Origin: Malacoraja senta
Taxonomy: Eukaryota
NCBI GenBank assembly: GCA_038087875.1
Contig: CM075988.1
Location: 14,200,001 to 14,264,000, forward strand
DNA: 64,000 nucleotides
Reading direction: 5' to 3'
Part shown: piece after piece, positions 62,861 through 64,000 of the stretch
How the letters are laid out: each line of letters opens with the position of its first letter
Position numbering within the stretch: position 1 is the stretch's first letter
Made by a program: the position numbers and the translations under genes
Notes under the pieces: generated by a model
What the model was told of the DNA's origin: nothing
Seen by the model: the letters and a program-made list of their open reading frames with translations, nothing else
Database searches by the model: none

Positions 62861-63389
62861 ATCTTGTGCATCATAACAATACTCCTAATCTTTAAGAACC
62901 GAGAATCATGAAAAGTAGAGGCAGAATTATATTTGGCCATTTGCGATGGTTTACCTTTCAATATCATCACAGCTAATCTTTTATCTTTGCACTAACGCTA
63001 TATCCGATTCCGTTTTCTATTGATCTTTGTCAGACGTACAGTGCCCTCCATAATGTTTGGTACAAAGACTCATCATTTAATTATTTGCCTCTGTACTCCA
63101 CAATTTGAGATTTGTAATAGAAAAAAATCACATGCGGTTAAAGTGCACATTGTCAGATTTTAATAAAGGCCATTTTTTGTCCCAAACATTATGGAGGGCA
63201 CTGTATATTCAGCAACTTAGCCTTTGCAGCCCTGTTGGGCAGACAGTTCCAAAGATCCTCAATGTTCTGGGTAAAGATATTTATTTTCCTCTGGGTGAAG
63301 CACATAGACCACTTTGGGAAGAAAATCAGTACATTTTTCTCCAACACACTTTTTAAATTTGGAGAATCTTGAGTGATATTAGTTTTCTT

Positions 63390-63685
63390 TAAACTTGAGA
63401 GATACAGTGCAGAAACAGGCCCTTCGGCCCACCAGGTGCTCACCGACCAGCGATCATCCCATACACTAGCACTATCCTACACACTAGGGACAGTTTACAA
63501 TTTTACCAAAGCCAATTGACCTACAAACCCGTACGTTCTTGGAGAATGTGAAGAAACTGGAGCACCCAGAGGAAGGTCATTATGAGAACGTACAAACTCT
63601 GTACCGACAGCTCCTATAGTCACGATCGAACCCGGATCTCTGGCACTGTAAGGCAGCTACTCTACTGCTGCGCCACTGTGCTGCC
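63390..63685 (-). mobile_element. HE1-like V-SINE
   Basis: Family match. Confidence 0.82.
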
Positions 63686-64000
63686 ATTAATAGCTTTTCT
63701 TTATGTGCTCAGAAAATGTTTGCACTCAGGACCATTCCGAACATGTGTGGTTCAATATTCCAACAAATTTCATTCACAAACTAAGTCCTTAGAAGATTTT
63801 CTTTTGATGAAGTGGAGGTAATTTTGACATTGAAATGAAAATCATTCAGCATCTCCGCTAATTGGAAGACCAAAGGTATTGCACATAAAAGCAGCCAGTT
63901 TCAAGACGCCATTTATCTCAGCAATGCAAAAGTCACCAGTTCAGCTTTTAAACCAGATGTGTCTGCGTGCTTTCAGATGGAGGCATTTTCCAGGTTTACA

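Overview
Eukaryotic, repeat-dense vertebrate DNA. The repeat repertoire (HE1/V-SINE-like SINEs, HER1/CR1 LINEs, Penelope remnants) suggests a cartilaginous fish, probably a skate or ray; this is inferred. The only host coding sequence I can support is one 152-bp minus-strand exon (9628-9779) encoding part of an Ig domain of IGSF9B (turtle homolog B), so the rest is most likely intronic. The window holds three large CR1 LINE copies, many CR1 3' fragments, about 17 tRNA-derived SINEs, Rex1/Babar and RTE fragments and many short Penelope-type repeats with hammerhead-ribozyme cores. It also holds two PIF/Harbinger-type MITEs, a non-autonomous Helitron with a 30-bp minisatellite, and two inverted copies of a 1,041-bp TIR element with 7-bp target-site duplications. 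Most notable is the youngest-looking CR1 (754-codon open ORF2 segment). Its extended 3' UTR folds into a 12-bp closing stem around U-rich internal loops, resembling a (double) ENE poly(A)-triple-helix RNA-stability element. All identities and folds were judged by eye; no searches were run.
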